Below the pieces are notes generated by a model, which worked only from the letters and a program-made list of their open reading frames with translations, was not told where the DNA came from and searched no databases. Shown here in pieces: positions 14,605 through 22,530 of a stretch of 32,000 nt of DNA (position 1 is its first letter; each line of letters starts with the position of its first letter). Made by a program: the position numbers and the translations under genes. Origin of the DNA: Pirellula staleyi DSM 6068 (lineage in GTDB: Bacteria > Planctomycetota > Planctomycetia > Pirellulales > Pirellulaceae); NCBI GenBank assembly GCA_000025185.1, contig CP001848.1:1410001-1442000 (forward strand). The letters run 5' to 3'.

Positions 14605-15294
14605 ATGGGCTACCTCGTCACGGCTCACGTCCTTCGCGAAAAGCCGGACCTCTCGCGGCTCGGCGAATTGCCGAAATCTGTGGGCTTTCGGGTCTACTTG
14701 CACCGCGCCGCGAACCTTTACCTGTTGGACACTTTTCGTCCCGCAAAGGTGCCGCAGTATCCATTTCAGACGTTGCTGCCAGCTGCCGATATTCCGCTGA
14801 AATTGCCTCCTGGCTTGGAAAGTCTCGAACGGATTTACTCGCGGTTCGGCCCGCTGAATCTCGCGAATGGCTTTAAGAAATCGTACATCAACGCGGCTCT
14901 GCTGCTCAATCGGCTCCTTCAATCGCCCGTTTTCTCGTTCGTGTCGAACGACGACGATCTCGATTTCACGTGTTCCGCGGTCGGCGGATCTCTCAACCGA
15001 CTGAAATGTCGGTGCGGCGACCTCGTGATCTCCTTCGACGGAAAAAGAGCCCAAATTGCGCCGCTCGTGCCAGACGAAGAAGACGAGGACCTTCTCACTG
15101 ATACCGCTGCTTTGAAATCCGCGATGCCCGAAGTGGAAGTTCTTGAGCGTCAGACTCCGTGGGACACGCAATTGCATTGCATCGCCATGGAAGAGCTGCA
15201 AGCGTTTGCTGGAATCAAAGAAATGATCTTGGGGTTGGGGAGCTTTGATCCGCCCGAAGACGAGTCCGAGTGGAGACTCGTCGCCTCGCGGTGA
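14605..15294 (+). CDS. Cassette ORF, hypothetical protein
   Basis: 229-aa ORF with ordinary composition. The longer antisense ORF (14473-15357) is R/E-rich shadow. The stop TGA at 15292-15294 lies 5 nt before attC1. Confidence 0.65.
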   Translation: MGYLVTAHVLREKPDLSRLGELPKSVGFRVYLHRAANLYLLDTFRPAKVPQYPFQTLLPAADIPLKLPPGLESLERIYSRFGPLNLANGFKKSYINAALLLNRLLQSPVFSFVSNDDDLDFTCSAVGGSLNRLKCRCGDLVISFDGKRAQIAPLVPDEEDEDLLTDTAALKSAMPEVEVLERQTPWDTQLHCIAMEELQAFAGIKEMILGLGSFDPPEDESEWRLVASR

Positions 15295-15298
15295 GTGC

Positions 15299-15388
15299 AC
15301 CGAACAATAACTTGCACCTGACCGCCGTTCGGCTGTGGTTTCACAATGGCTCATCACCAGCGGCGGCCGGTGATGCAGAACGTTATTT
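15299..15388 (+). repeat. attC-like site 1
   Basis: ACCGAAC...TTGCACCTGACCGCCG...CGGCGGCCGGTGATGCAGAACGTTATTT. The 3' arm is near-identical to attC2 and attC4. Confidence 0.7.
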
Positions 15389-15401
15389 GGCTAACAGCAA
15401 T

Positions 15402-16013
15402 ATGAAGCAGCGCCGTCTCGACAGGATTGCCAACGAATTGCTCGGTCCATGCCTGATTCCTAAACGATTTGTCGATTTCACGGGCGGGTTCTGTCGTGCG
15501 GTTCCCTCTGGTGCCATACACACAATTCTTATTGGCCATGATGTCCGCAGTTCTCACAGCTTCCAGATCCTTTGCGGATTAAATGCTACGGTGCTCTGCG
15601 ACGCACAAGCACCACAGCGTGCCGGTGTTTTCGGAGGACGACAACTGACAAGAGATGGTTGGAGTGCCAATTCAGGGCGGTGGCCCTGTCACGACGAGGA
15701 TACCACACGCGCTAGCTTTGTTGTAATTCAATCGCTCATTGATGACTTGGTGGAACCATGGTTTCAAACTTGCGCCTCTCTCGCATCTGTCGCGGACGCC
15801 ATGTCGGTCAATCAACATGGACTCCTTAAAGCGAGGCTCTATCATACCGCCGGTTGTACAGACGATGCAGTTGCTGCGGCTTATCAGTATCTTGAACGTC
15901 TCAGAAGCCCAGCCTCATGGGATGACCCGAAGTGGTTGATCACGGAGATCGAAACGGCAACAATCTTCGTGCGAGAAATCGAATTTTCAAGTCAAGGTGA
16001 GCGGGCCAAATAA
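15402..16013 (+). CDS. Cassette ORF, hypothetical protein (DUF4304-like pattern is a guess)
   Basis: The ORF track gives 15270-16013, but its first 44 codons translate attC1. The first ATG after the site is 15402 (MKQRRLDRIANELLGP...). The stop TAA at 16011-16013 lies inside the attC2 5' end. Confidence 0.65.
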   Translation: MKQRRLDRIANELLGPCLIPKRFVDFTGGFCRAVPSGAIHTILIGHDVRSSHSFQILCGLNATVLCDAQAPQRAGVFGGRQLTRDGWSANSGRWPCHDEDTTRASFVVIQSLIDDLVEPWFQTCASLASVADAMSVNQHGLLKARLYHTAGCTDDAVAAAYQYLERLRSPASWDDPKWLITEIETATIFVREIEFSSQGERAK

Positions 16014-16097
16014 CAGCCGCATGCACCGGACAGCCGTTCGGGTTTGGTTTCACAATGGCACATCACCAGCGGCGGCCGGTGATGCAGAACGTTAGGC
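16008..16097 (+). repeat. attC-like site 2
   Basis: AAATAAC...GCATGCACCGGACAGCCG...CGGCGGCCGGTGATGCAGAACGTTAGGC. The core is GTTAGGC at 16091-16097. Confidence 0.8.
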
Positions 16098-16098
16098 A

Positions 16099-17116
16099 GT
16101 GGAGGGCTCCCGGCGGATGATCTCCCACTCCCAATTCGGAAAGCTGCGGCTGGCCCAGTTCCGGCCCGATGCCGACATACGTGAGTTGGCCGGGTGGGAG
16201 TTCATGGACGAGCTTTGGGTCGGCGAGGCGGTCGGGTTTTCCGAGTGGCTGCGGCTGGAATCCGACTCTGCGGTTCTGCGGTCGCTCGCCTTGGATTTCT
16301 CCGAGTTCCCAGCGGATGCTGCGGAGGCGATCCTGCGAGCCATCGATCTGCCGGTGCGAGCCGGCATGTCTGCCCCAGAGTTGCGGGCGCTGTTTGGCGA
16401 ACCGGCCAAGGAGCATAGGTTCGTCTCGGATCGGGTCACCTACGATTTCGTGGGTCCCGGCTCACCGATTTATAGCGTGTCGTGTACCGTCCTCAACGAT
16501 GGTGGGCTGTCGTACCTCGTGGTCATGCGGCGGTGGCAAAACCACACCGAACCAAGTGCTGCAGCAGATAGCGGGTCACGTAGACTATTCAGGATTCATA
16601 GCTCACTCGGCCCAGCCGCTGCTGAGCTTCATTGTTCTTTCGCTGAAACTATGGTACTCCGACCAGGCATCACGAGCATTTTCGAATCTCACGAACGTGG
16701 CTCACTGCCTGAGTATTCGATTGCCGACTTCAGATGGCTGGTTTACACGCGTGGCCGCGTCGCAGGATTGGAGAGTTGCATCGATTGCAGCTGCCGGGAT
16801 CACCCCGAACTTTCACTTCGCAAAACTAGAATCGCCGCACAGATCCATTTTCATCCTCGGTCATTCGAACTATCCAATCGTCGCCTTTGCCAAACAAGTA
16901 AATGCTGTCGATCAACGTTTGCAATTCGTAGACGAATCAGAAATCTCAAGCGAAATCTCACGATTATTTCCCGACGTAGCAATCGCCATCGCAGCCGATC
17001 TCAATCGTTCCATCACAGAGGACGATCTTGCCCAACTCGCACCAATAGAGCTGAGACAGGTAAAATACTGGAAGCCCTGCACAATCGGCCAGCTTGCCTT
17101 CAACTGGTGGGACTGA
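16099..17116 (+). pseudogene. Cassette coding region read in two frames (probable frameshifted gene, or two overlapping ORFs)
   Basis: Frame 1 (16099/ATG 16117 to 17172) is protein-like only up to about 16540 (..SVSCTVLNDGGLSYLVVM) and then turns R/S-rich. Frame 2 (16169-17116) is junk at first and becomes protein-like from about 16540 (..QVLQQIAGHVDYSGFIAH...QLAFNWWD). The switch lies near the A-run ggcaaaacc. Confidence 0.5.
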
Positions 17117-17138
17117 TTGAATCGCCACAAAACCAGGC

Positions 17139-17217
17139 CATGAACCGGAGCGGCCGACAACGTGGGTTTTGATATCATGCCTTTTTTGCGGCGGCCCGGT
17201 TACGGCTGTCGTTAGGC
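17139..17217 (+). repeat. attC-like site 3 (79-bp class)
   Basis: CATGAACCGGAGCGGCCGACAACGTGGGTTTTGATATCATGCCTTTTTTGCGGCGGCCCGGTTACGGCTGTCGTTAGGC. It aligns along its whole length with attC8. Confidence 0.75.
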
Positions 17218-17222
17218 GACAC

Positions 17223-17519
17223 ATGGAAACCGTTCCGACAATCGATCGCGACAAACTGATTAACGACCTTCGAAGTCGTCTACCTAGTGCTGCGATTTCA
17301 ATCGAGACGATCAGTCTCGATTACGGATCGTGGGAGATCGCGGTCAAGCAAAACGGCCGTTGGGTGAACATTGCTTGGGGGCCGCTATCAGGTTTCGGCA
17401 CGACCGATTTGGATAACCTGCGTGAAGATAGCAACCCGTTCGGGTCGCACGACTGGCCAATGGAAAACGCAGAAGCCGCGATTGAGTTCGTCGTCCGCGT
17501 CGTCGGCCCCTGCCAGTGA
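17223..17519 (+). CDS. Cassette ORF, hypothetical small protein
   Basis: The ORF track gives 17169-17519, but its first 18 codons translate attC3. ATG 17223 (METVPTIDRDKL...) lies 6 nt after GTTAGGC. Confidence 0.6.
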   Translation: METVPTIDRDKLINDLRSRLPSAAISIETISLDYGSWEIAVKQNGRWVNIAWGPLSGFGTTDLDNLREDSNPFGSHDWPMENAEAAIEFVVRVVGPCQ

Positions 17520-17568
17520 ATGTTGGTCCGTTTGCCAATAAAACCATGATGCTGAGTGAGGCTCGAAC

Positions 17569-17886
17569 TTGAAATGGCTGGTACCGTGGCATCCGGTTGG
17601 TGAAGATTCCGGCCAAGTTGGCGGAATGGAGCAGGAGTTGAAACGCGAACTCTCCGCCGATCATCCCTTGTTCGGTTTGCCGGTTAAAGCGCTCGCTCGT
17701 CGCCAGGATTGCGATGATGTTCTGTTTGCCCTTCAAGATGGAACCGGGCGAGTCGCGGTTGTTCATCTGACATGGACGCGCAACCCACCGGAGCGTCCAC
17801 CATGGCCGCACACTACCTTGTTTCCCAGCCTCGAAAATTGGGCGGCCAAAGGCATGTATGCCGATACCGAGGAATTTTGTGAGTAG
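17569..17886 (+). CDS. Hypothetical small protein (second ORF of the same cassette)
   Basis: 105-aa ORF with a TTG start (alternative ATG at 17626, MEQELKRE). It has ordinary composition (..DDVLFALQDGTGRVAVVHLTWTRNPPE..). No attC separates it from the previous ORF. Confidence 0.55.
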   Translation: MKWLVPWHPVGEDSGQVGGMEQELKRELSADHPLFGLPVKALARRQDCDDVLFALQDGTGRVAVVHLTWTRNPPERPPWPHTTLFPSLENWAAKGMYADTEEFCE

Positions 17887-17906
17887 ACGCTGATCGATAA
17901 GTTTAC

Positions 17907-17997
17907 GGCGAACAACCGCATGCACCGGACCGCCGTTCCGGCTTTGGTTTCACCATGGCTCATCGCCAGCGGCGGCCGGTGATGCAGAACGTTAGGC
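17907..17997 (+). repeat. attC-like site 4
   Basis: GGCGAACAACCGCATGCACCGGACCGCCG...CGGCGGCCGGTGATGCAGAACGTTAGGC. The core is GTTAGGC at 17991-17997. Confidence 0.8.
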
Positions 17998-18008
17998 GGT
18001 TCGAATCC

Positions 18009-18206
18009 ATGCGGGCGAAGATCGCCGACGATCAGCGGACAACCATCGACGATGCGATTGTCGCCAATCTGAAGCTTCCTGCGATCCAGGAGATTCGTCA
18101 GTTGACGGGGGCAAGTTTGGCCGAACGCTTTGCCAAGCTTTGCTTAACCGTTCCAGAGCGTTTTGACTGCACAGAGGACGAATACTGGGCAGGCTTTTAC
18201 TCGTAA
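18009..18206 (+). CDS. Cassette ORF, hypothetical small protein
   Basis: The ORF track gives 17955-18206, but the upstream codons translate attC4. ATG 18009 (MRAKIADDQRTTIDD...) is the first start after the site. Confidence 0.55.
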   Translation: MRAKIADDQRTTIDDAIVANLKLPAIQEIRQLTGASLAERFAKLCLTVPERFDCTEDEYWAGFYS

Positions 18207-18212
18207 CTTTGC

Positions 18213-18297
18213 GTCTAACAAGTCGTTGCACCTGACCGCCGCAACGTCTAGCGTGATGGAGAGTCAATCGGGCGGCCGGTGATGCAGAAAGTTCGGC
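18213..18297 (+). repeat. attC-like site 5
   Basis: It starts with a perfect inverse core GTCTAAC (18213-18219), followed by AAGTCGTTGCACCTGACCGCCGC, and ends GGCGGCCGGTGATGCAGAAAGTTCGGC (18291-18297). Confidence 0.8.
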
Positions 18298-18374
18298 GAA
18301 TGTGCAACGATATCTTGACCAGGGCGTGTGCGGGGACGCGACCGTGAAGCTCAACATCGGATCGAAGAGGTGTC

Positions 18375-19052
18375 GTGGGAGAAATCCTGCTCCAGATAGG
18401 CACGCGCGAGCCACACGATCGGTGGCCTTATACGGTTCCGGTGACCCCGCTTTGTATAATCCGCATAACCAGCGACTGCAGTGGACGAGCCGCGCGTGCC
18501 TGGAAAGTTGCCATCGATTCTTGTGCGTTCTGCCCCGTACGCTGCTCGACACTGAGCGGCAGCGCTCGGCGACAGAGGCGATCCGTGGCTGAAGACCTCA
18601 AGCATTTGTGGACGACAGCAGCCCTTGCGGCAGCACTGCTGCACGGAACCCGCTTGCCAGGCGAGCCGGACGGACCACCACCTTGGCCGGTTTACTTGGA
18701 CCACACCTATCGTCGACAGACGGCTGCTCAGGTTTTGGGCGAACGAGCCGGCCACTCTGTTGATTGTTTGGGACCGCTTCTCTACGTAGCAGCTCACGAC
18801 GAGGACGTTCGGCTGCGGTGCTTGGAGCAAGTGTTCGCTTCTGGCTGGGTTGGCCTGGATGCGTTCTTGGTGGCCATGACGTTCGACGCCATGGATAGTG
18901 TTCGGCAACTCGCTTTGAAAAGGTTGGCCCTCCGCGAGTTCCCATCACTGCACGCTGTTGCTACTCGTCTGCTCAATGACCCGGACTCAGGCATACGGGA
19001 ACAAGCGGCGGGCATGCTCACCGGGGCGTCCGGGCCTCGTTGGCGGCTTTAG
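18375..19052 (+). CDS. HEAT-repeat-like protein (start uncertain; in-frame GTG 18585 is an alternative)
   Basis: The C-terminal 150 aa carry HEAT-like units AHDEDVRLRCLEQVF, AMDSVRQLALKRLA and LNDPDSGIREQAAGML. The N-terminal 70 codons of the ORF are not convincing. Confidence 0.55.
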   Translation: MGEILLQIGTREPHDRWPYTVPVTPLCIIRITSDCSGRAARAWKVAIDSCAFCPVRCSTLSGSARRQRRSVAEDLKHLWTTAALAAALLHGTRLPGEPDGPPPWPVYLDHTYRRQTAAQVLGERAGHSVDCLGPLLYVAAHDEDVRLRCLEQVFASGWVGLDAFLVAMTFDAMDSVRQLALKRLALREFPSLHAVATRLLNDPDSGIREQAAGMLTGASGPRWRL

Positions 19053-19059
19053 CACGCAC

Positions 19060-19156
19060 GCCGAACAAGTCGCTGCACCTGACGCGTCGGCTTATACTAG
19101 GGTTTTTGAATTCAATGTCTCGCCCGCCGCCGCGCAGGTGAGCTCAATCGTTCGTC
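19060..19156 (+). repeat. attC-like site 6
   Basis: The arms GCCGAACAAGTCGCTGCACCTGACGCGTCGGC and GCCGCCGCGCAGGTGAGCTCAATCGTTCGTC are complementary with bulged bases. Confidence 0.7.
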
Positions 19157-19188
19157 GATGATGCCGCCTTTAGCCACAAGGTATTGAG

Positions 19189-21015
19189 ATGCCCTCAAGG
19201 TACAGAACTCACTATACAATGGTATTGGTTTGCCTGTTCGGGGTGCTTGGGGTTGCGGCCGAACGCTACCGTCAATATGTGAGCGGGAACGTAGGCGATG
19301 TAACCATTCAGCGAACCGATGCCGGAATCACTTTGAGTATCGATGGAGAATCGTTTACGGATTTGCATCGTCCCGTGACGTTGCGCGCGGGGTCACATCG
19401 ATTACACGCGACATGGCAGAGGTTTGAGGTCAAAGCAACGATCAATGTGAAGCGTGGCGACAAAGCACCGCTGAACCGGGTTGTATTTTCACTGCAAGAT
19501 GGCCAGTTGCAGGTCAAAGTCAATTCGCGATTGGTTGACGTTGCTCCACGACCAGAGCCCGAAGTTTCCGCCATCCAAACCGCATCAGGAAGGTTTTGGC
19601 GTACTTCCGAAAACGGTGAAATTACGACACGAGACTTTTTTGACGTTTCTGGCGTCCAACTGTTTACCATCCATTGGCTGAGGCCCGATCGAAGTGAAGC
19701 GTTTATTCAATCGAGTGATGGTCGATTCGTGACCAACACGTCCGGCCCGCTTGATGAGTCGCCGGGCGTGTTGGCGCTGTCTGACCACGACGACCGGCCA
19801 TGCCTATTTAAAATCGATCGCATAAATCACGACGGATCATGGATCCACTTTGCCACCGGGCGGCATTTTGTGGATGTTGACGCTGATACAAATCGGGTGC
19901 GAACAACTTGCTACGAGCAGTTTGCGACGCCGCACTTCCTAAAGAAGGTCACTGTTGCATCCGATGATATCAAGCCTGTGGCGTTGCCCGCCGGCATCAC
20001 GGCAGTTCAAGCGGCTTCAAACGCTCCATCCGTTCGTCGGTTCAAAGGACACACGAATGTGATTCGCGCGGTCGTGTTCACGCCGGACGGTAAACACGTT
20101 ATTACGGGAAGTTCGGATGGAACCATTCGATTCTGGAACCTACAGAGCGGAAAGCAGGTCGATATGGTCCGAACGCGTCGCCCAGCTTTATCGCTTGCAA
20201 TTTCGAGTGATGGCGAATCACTGGCCTGCGGTATGACGGACGCTGTGGTCAAATTCTGGAGGTTGGAAAAACACCCAACGATTTCCCATCATAGTGAACG
20301 TATTCTGTCACGTGACTACAAAGGCGATGTGCTGGCGATTGCGTTTTCACCTGACGGCACGAAAGTCGCAGCTGGCGGTAACCGGCAGCAACACTCGCGA
20401 ATTTGGAATCTACTTGAGCCCGGCGAACGTTGTAAGTCCTCCACGATTAATGGACCTGTAACGTCACTGGTATGGTCTCGTTCCGGAGAACGCGTATTGT
20501 TGTGCGAAGAGGATTCACGGTCGCTACGTTGGTTTCCAAATAGCACTAAGAACGCCGTGATGCGACCTTCCGATCAAAGGTCTGGCAAGCTGCTTATTCC
20601 CTCCGATGATGGCCCATTTGTAGTTGCTGGGGGTGAAGTGCTGGACGCAGAAACTTTGGAAGTCATCCACACGTTTCAGCAGCGGCGCGGTGTTCGGGCT
20701 GTGTCAGCGCAGTTGTTGGATAGAAAGAACCTGCTTGTGACTGCAGACGTGATCGTCAATGCAATCCACGAACTAGCGCCCGATGAATTCGTGACTGCAT
20801 GGGATTTGAACACAGGCCTGCCACTTGCGGTTCTGCGGGACCATGCCGGGCAAACAGGGAATGTTGCGATATCGCCAAGCGGTGACTACGTCGCGTATGG
20901 CAACGGCGTCAACGATACCAACGCGACTTACACCCAACAGCCCACCGGCGACTACGACCTGCGTGTATGGAAAATAACTAGCGACGAACCAACGGATGAA
21001 CGCGAGCCGGAATAG
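19189..21015 (+). CDS. Membrane-anchored WD40-repeat protein
   Basis: 608-aa ORF. It has an N-terminal hydrophobic segment (MVLVCLFGVLGVAA) and WD40 units GHTNVIRAVVFTPDGKHVITGSSDGTIRFWNL, ALSLAISSDGESLACGMTDAVVKFWRL and GDVLAIAFSPDGTKVAAGG..SRIWNL. Confidence 0.85.
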   Translation: MPSRYRTHYTMVLVCLFGVLGVAAERYRQYVSGNVGDVTIQRTDAGITLSIDGESFTDLHRPVTLRAGSHRLHATWQRFEVKATINVKRGDKAPLNRVVFSLQDGQLQVKVNSRLVDVAPRPEPEVSAIQTASGRFWRTSENGEITTRDFFDVSGVQLFTIHWLRPDRSEAFIQSSDGRFVTNTSGPLDESPGVLALSDHDDRPCLFKIDRINHDGSWIHFATGRHFVDVDADTNRVRTTCYEQFATPHFLKKVTVASDDIKPVALPAGITAVQAASNAPSVRRFKGHTNVIRAVVFTPDGKHVITGSSDGTIRFWNLQSGKQVDMVRTRRPALSLAISSDGESLACGMTDAVVKFWRLEKHPTISHHSERILSRDYKGDVLAIAFSPDGTKVAAGGNRQQHSRIWNLLEPGERCKSSTINGPVTSLVWSRSGERVLLCEEDSRSLRWFPNSTKNAVMRPSDQRSGKLLIPSDDGPFVVAGGEVLDAETLEVIHTFQQRRGVRAVSAQLLDRKNLLVTADVIVNAIHELAPDEFVTAWDLNTGLPLAVLRDHAGQTGNVAISPSGDYVAYGNGVNDTNATYTQQPTGDYDLRVWKITSDEPTDEREPE

Positions 21016-21037
21016 ACCGGCTGGCTTGCTTCGCTCG

Positions 21038-21077
21038 GCAACGTCAACTCCCGGCCGCGTTATCCGAAACGTTCTGC
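21038..21077 (+). repeat. Possible degenerate or short attC-like hairpin
   Basis: GCAACGTCAACTCCCGGCCGCGTTATCCGAAACGTTCTGC is an imperfect palindrome ending GTTCTGC. The next ORF starts 10 nt later. At 40 bp it is shorter than typical attC sites. Confidence 0.3.
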
Positions 21078-21087
21078 ACCAAGCTGA

Positions 21088-21540
21088 ATGAACACTTCCA
21101 TCCTGAATACGTTTCTCTCTGACCAACGGAGAGCGAAGCGACTGGTATCTGACAAGCTTGGGATACCAGAAAACATCCGAGCATTGGATTGGGCAGTTCA
21201 CTCCTGTGAGCTTCGAAAATCGTATGATGTCTGCCCGTTTGCGAACGTGTTTCGAATACATGGCTACGGACTTGAAATCCAAGTCGACGACTTGCATGTC
21301 GACTTCGATTACTCCGAACAGGGATTGGCTGACGGTTTCGATTCGTGGCGCATTTTTGTCTACATTATGGCTGGCCGATTCGACAACAGAGGCACTGACA
21401 AGCACATTTCCGATCGCGTTGACGGGTGGTTCGATGAACTGATTCAGCTTGGACGAATCGAGAAACGGGACAACTTGTACTACCTCAAGCACCAACCTGC
21501 GACCAGTGCAGAAAAAGCGGTGAACGGGAACTGCCGATGA
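21088..21540 (+). CDS. Cassette ORF, hypothetical protein
   Basis: 150-aa ORF with ordinary composition. Its last 22 nt overlap the attC8 5' arm. Confidence 0.6.
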   Translation: MNTSILNTFLSDQRRAKRLVSDKLGIPENIRALDWAVHSCELRKSYDVCPFANVFRIHGYGLEIQVDDLHVDFDYSEQGLADGFDSWRIFVYIMAGRFDNRGTDKHISDRVDGWFDELIQLGRIEKRDNLYYLKHQPATSAEKAVNGNCR

Positions 21541-21597
21541 CGCGGGTTTTGAAATCATAGTTTTTTTGCGGCGGCTCCGTTACCGCTGTCGTTATGC
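21519..21597 (+). repeat. attC-like site 8 (79-bp class)
   Basis: GGTGAACGGGAACTGCCGATGACGCGGGTTTTGAAATCATAGTTTTTTTGCGGCGGCTCCGTTACCGCTGTCGTTATGC is collinear with attC3, with most positions identical by eye. Confidence 0.75.
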
Positions 21598-21606
21598 ATC
21601 TAAACC

Positions 21607-22146
21607 ATGCCGCATCAAAAACCCGAAGACGAGATTTATCGACTATCCACACTCCGCGGTGTCACAGACCTGGACGAATGGCAACGTCAACTCGAAAACT
21701 CCGAGGAACGAATTCGGGTTCAACTTCACAGTTCGGTCGATGACGCTTGGCGCGCCTGCTTGCCAACGTGGATCGAAGTCGGCCGCGTCAAAGACCTTTC
21801 CCGCTCCGTCCGCGTTCCAAAGTACTGGCCGTCGTATGCCAATCAGCTTGGCCGCGCATTCGCTGAAATCTATTGTGATGATTACCAATTCGTGATTGAC
21901 ATGGTCGGCACATTGCCGCCTGACTCCTATGAGTACCTTTGTGCCTATGATCTCCTCGAACTGATTGTGTCCGAGTTCTATGGCTGTGAACTCCCAGTTC
22001 CGAAACAATTATTCGCAATTGATCTGCCGGCGCCGTCGGTCGTCCGTGTAGAGACAGAAGATGATCATCGCTACAGTGAATTGGTTTCAATAGGCGAGTT
22101 CCTGCACTTGTCGTGCCTAATCGAGTATGGCGACGACGATGCATAA
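21607..22146 (+). CDS. Cassette ORF, hypothetical acidic protein
   Basis: 179-aa ORF. The ATG lies 10 nt after attC8. The stop TAA at 22144-22146 lies inside GCATAAC of attC9. Confidence 0.65.
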   Translation: MPHQKPEDEIYRLSTLRGVTDLDEWQRQLENSEERIRVQLHSSVDDAWRACLPTWIEVGRVKDLSRSVRVPKYWPSYANQLGRAFAEIYCDDYQFVIDMVGTLPPDSYEYLCAYDLLELIVSEFYGCELPVPKQLFAIDLPAPSVVRVETEDDHRYSELVSIGEFLHLSCLIEYGDDDA

Positions 22147-22230
22147 CAATCGGTTCAACCGGAGCGGCGGATCGCGCGGTTTCCGAAAGCAAAGTTCACC
22201 GTCCGCTCTCTTTCATCCTCAATGTTGACT
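22141..22230 (+). repeat. attC-like site 9
   Basis: GCATAACAATCGGTTCAACCGGAGCGGCGG...CACCGTCCGCTCTC...AATGTTGACT. The GGAGCGGCGG and CCGTCCGCTC arms are complementary. Confidence 0.6.
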
Positions 22231-22530
22231 TGCCCATCCTCGGCTAGCTAACATTCACAACTGAACTTGGGCCTCGGCCCCACCAGCCCGTCAATGATCG
22301 CGGGCACCCTTACAGCCTTTGCTGCTGTGAGCGTGCTCGCGTTTTTTATGCGCTCGCAGCTCCGGCAGCTTCACTCTTTGGAGCGTTGCCGTGTTCAATC
22401 GACTCCAGAGGTTGAGTGTTCTCGCGAATCACACTGTTCTTTTGCAGGTCGGATTGACCGCCAACGAGCTGGTGCAGCGAGATTCCTCAAGGAACGCCGC
22501 ACCCCAATAGCCAATAGGAGGCTTTCAATC

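Larger units (their letters stand above)
14605..22230 (+). mobile_element. Integron-type gene-cassette array (attC cluster with no integrase in the window)
   Basis: Nine co-directional cassette units, one holding two ORFs and one weakly supported. Each is followed by a 79-97 bp imperfect palindrome that starts xxxxAAC and ends GTTRRRY-like. The next ORF starts 5-35 nt after most sites. No tyrosine-recombinase-like ORF is present anywhere in the window. Confidence 0.75.

Noticed and set aside
14473-15357. 294-aa minus-strand ORF, longer than the + strand ORF it overlaps
   Set aside because: Its R/E/S-rich composition is typical of an antisense shadow. It also runs through attC1. The + strand ORF 14605-15294 fits the cassette layout.
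17992-18908. Minus-strand ORFs 17992-18552 and 18351-18908 as reverse-oriented cassette genes
   Set aside because: They cross attC4 and attC5 or mirror the HEAT-repeat ORF. Short protein-like stretches (for example IVWLARAYLEQDF) are too brief to support a call.
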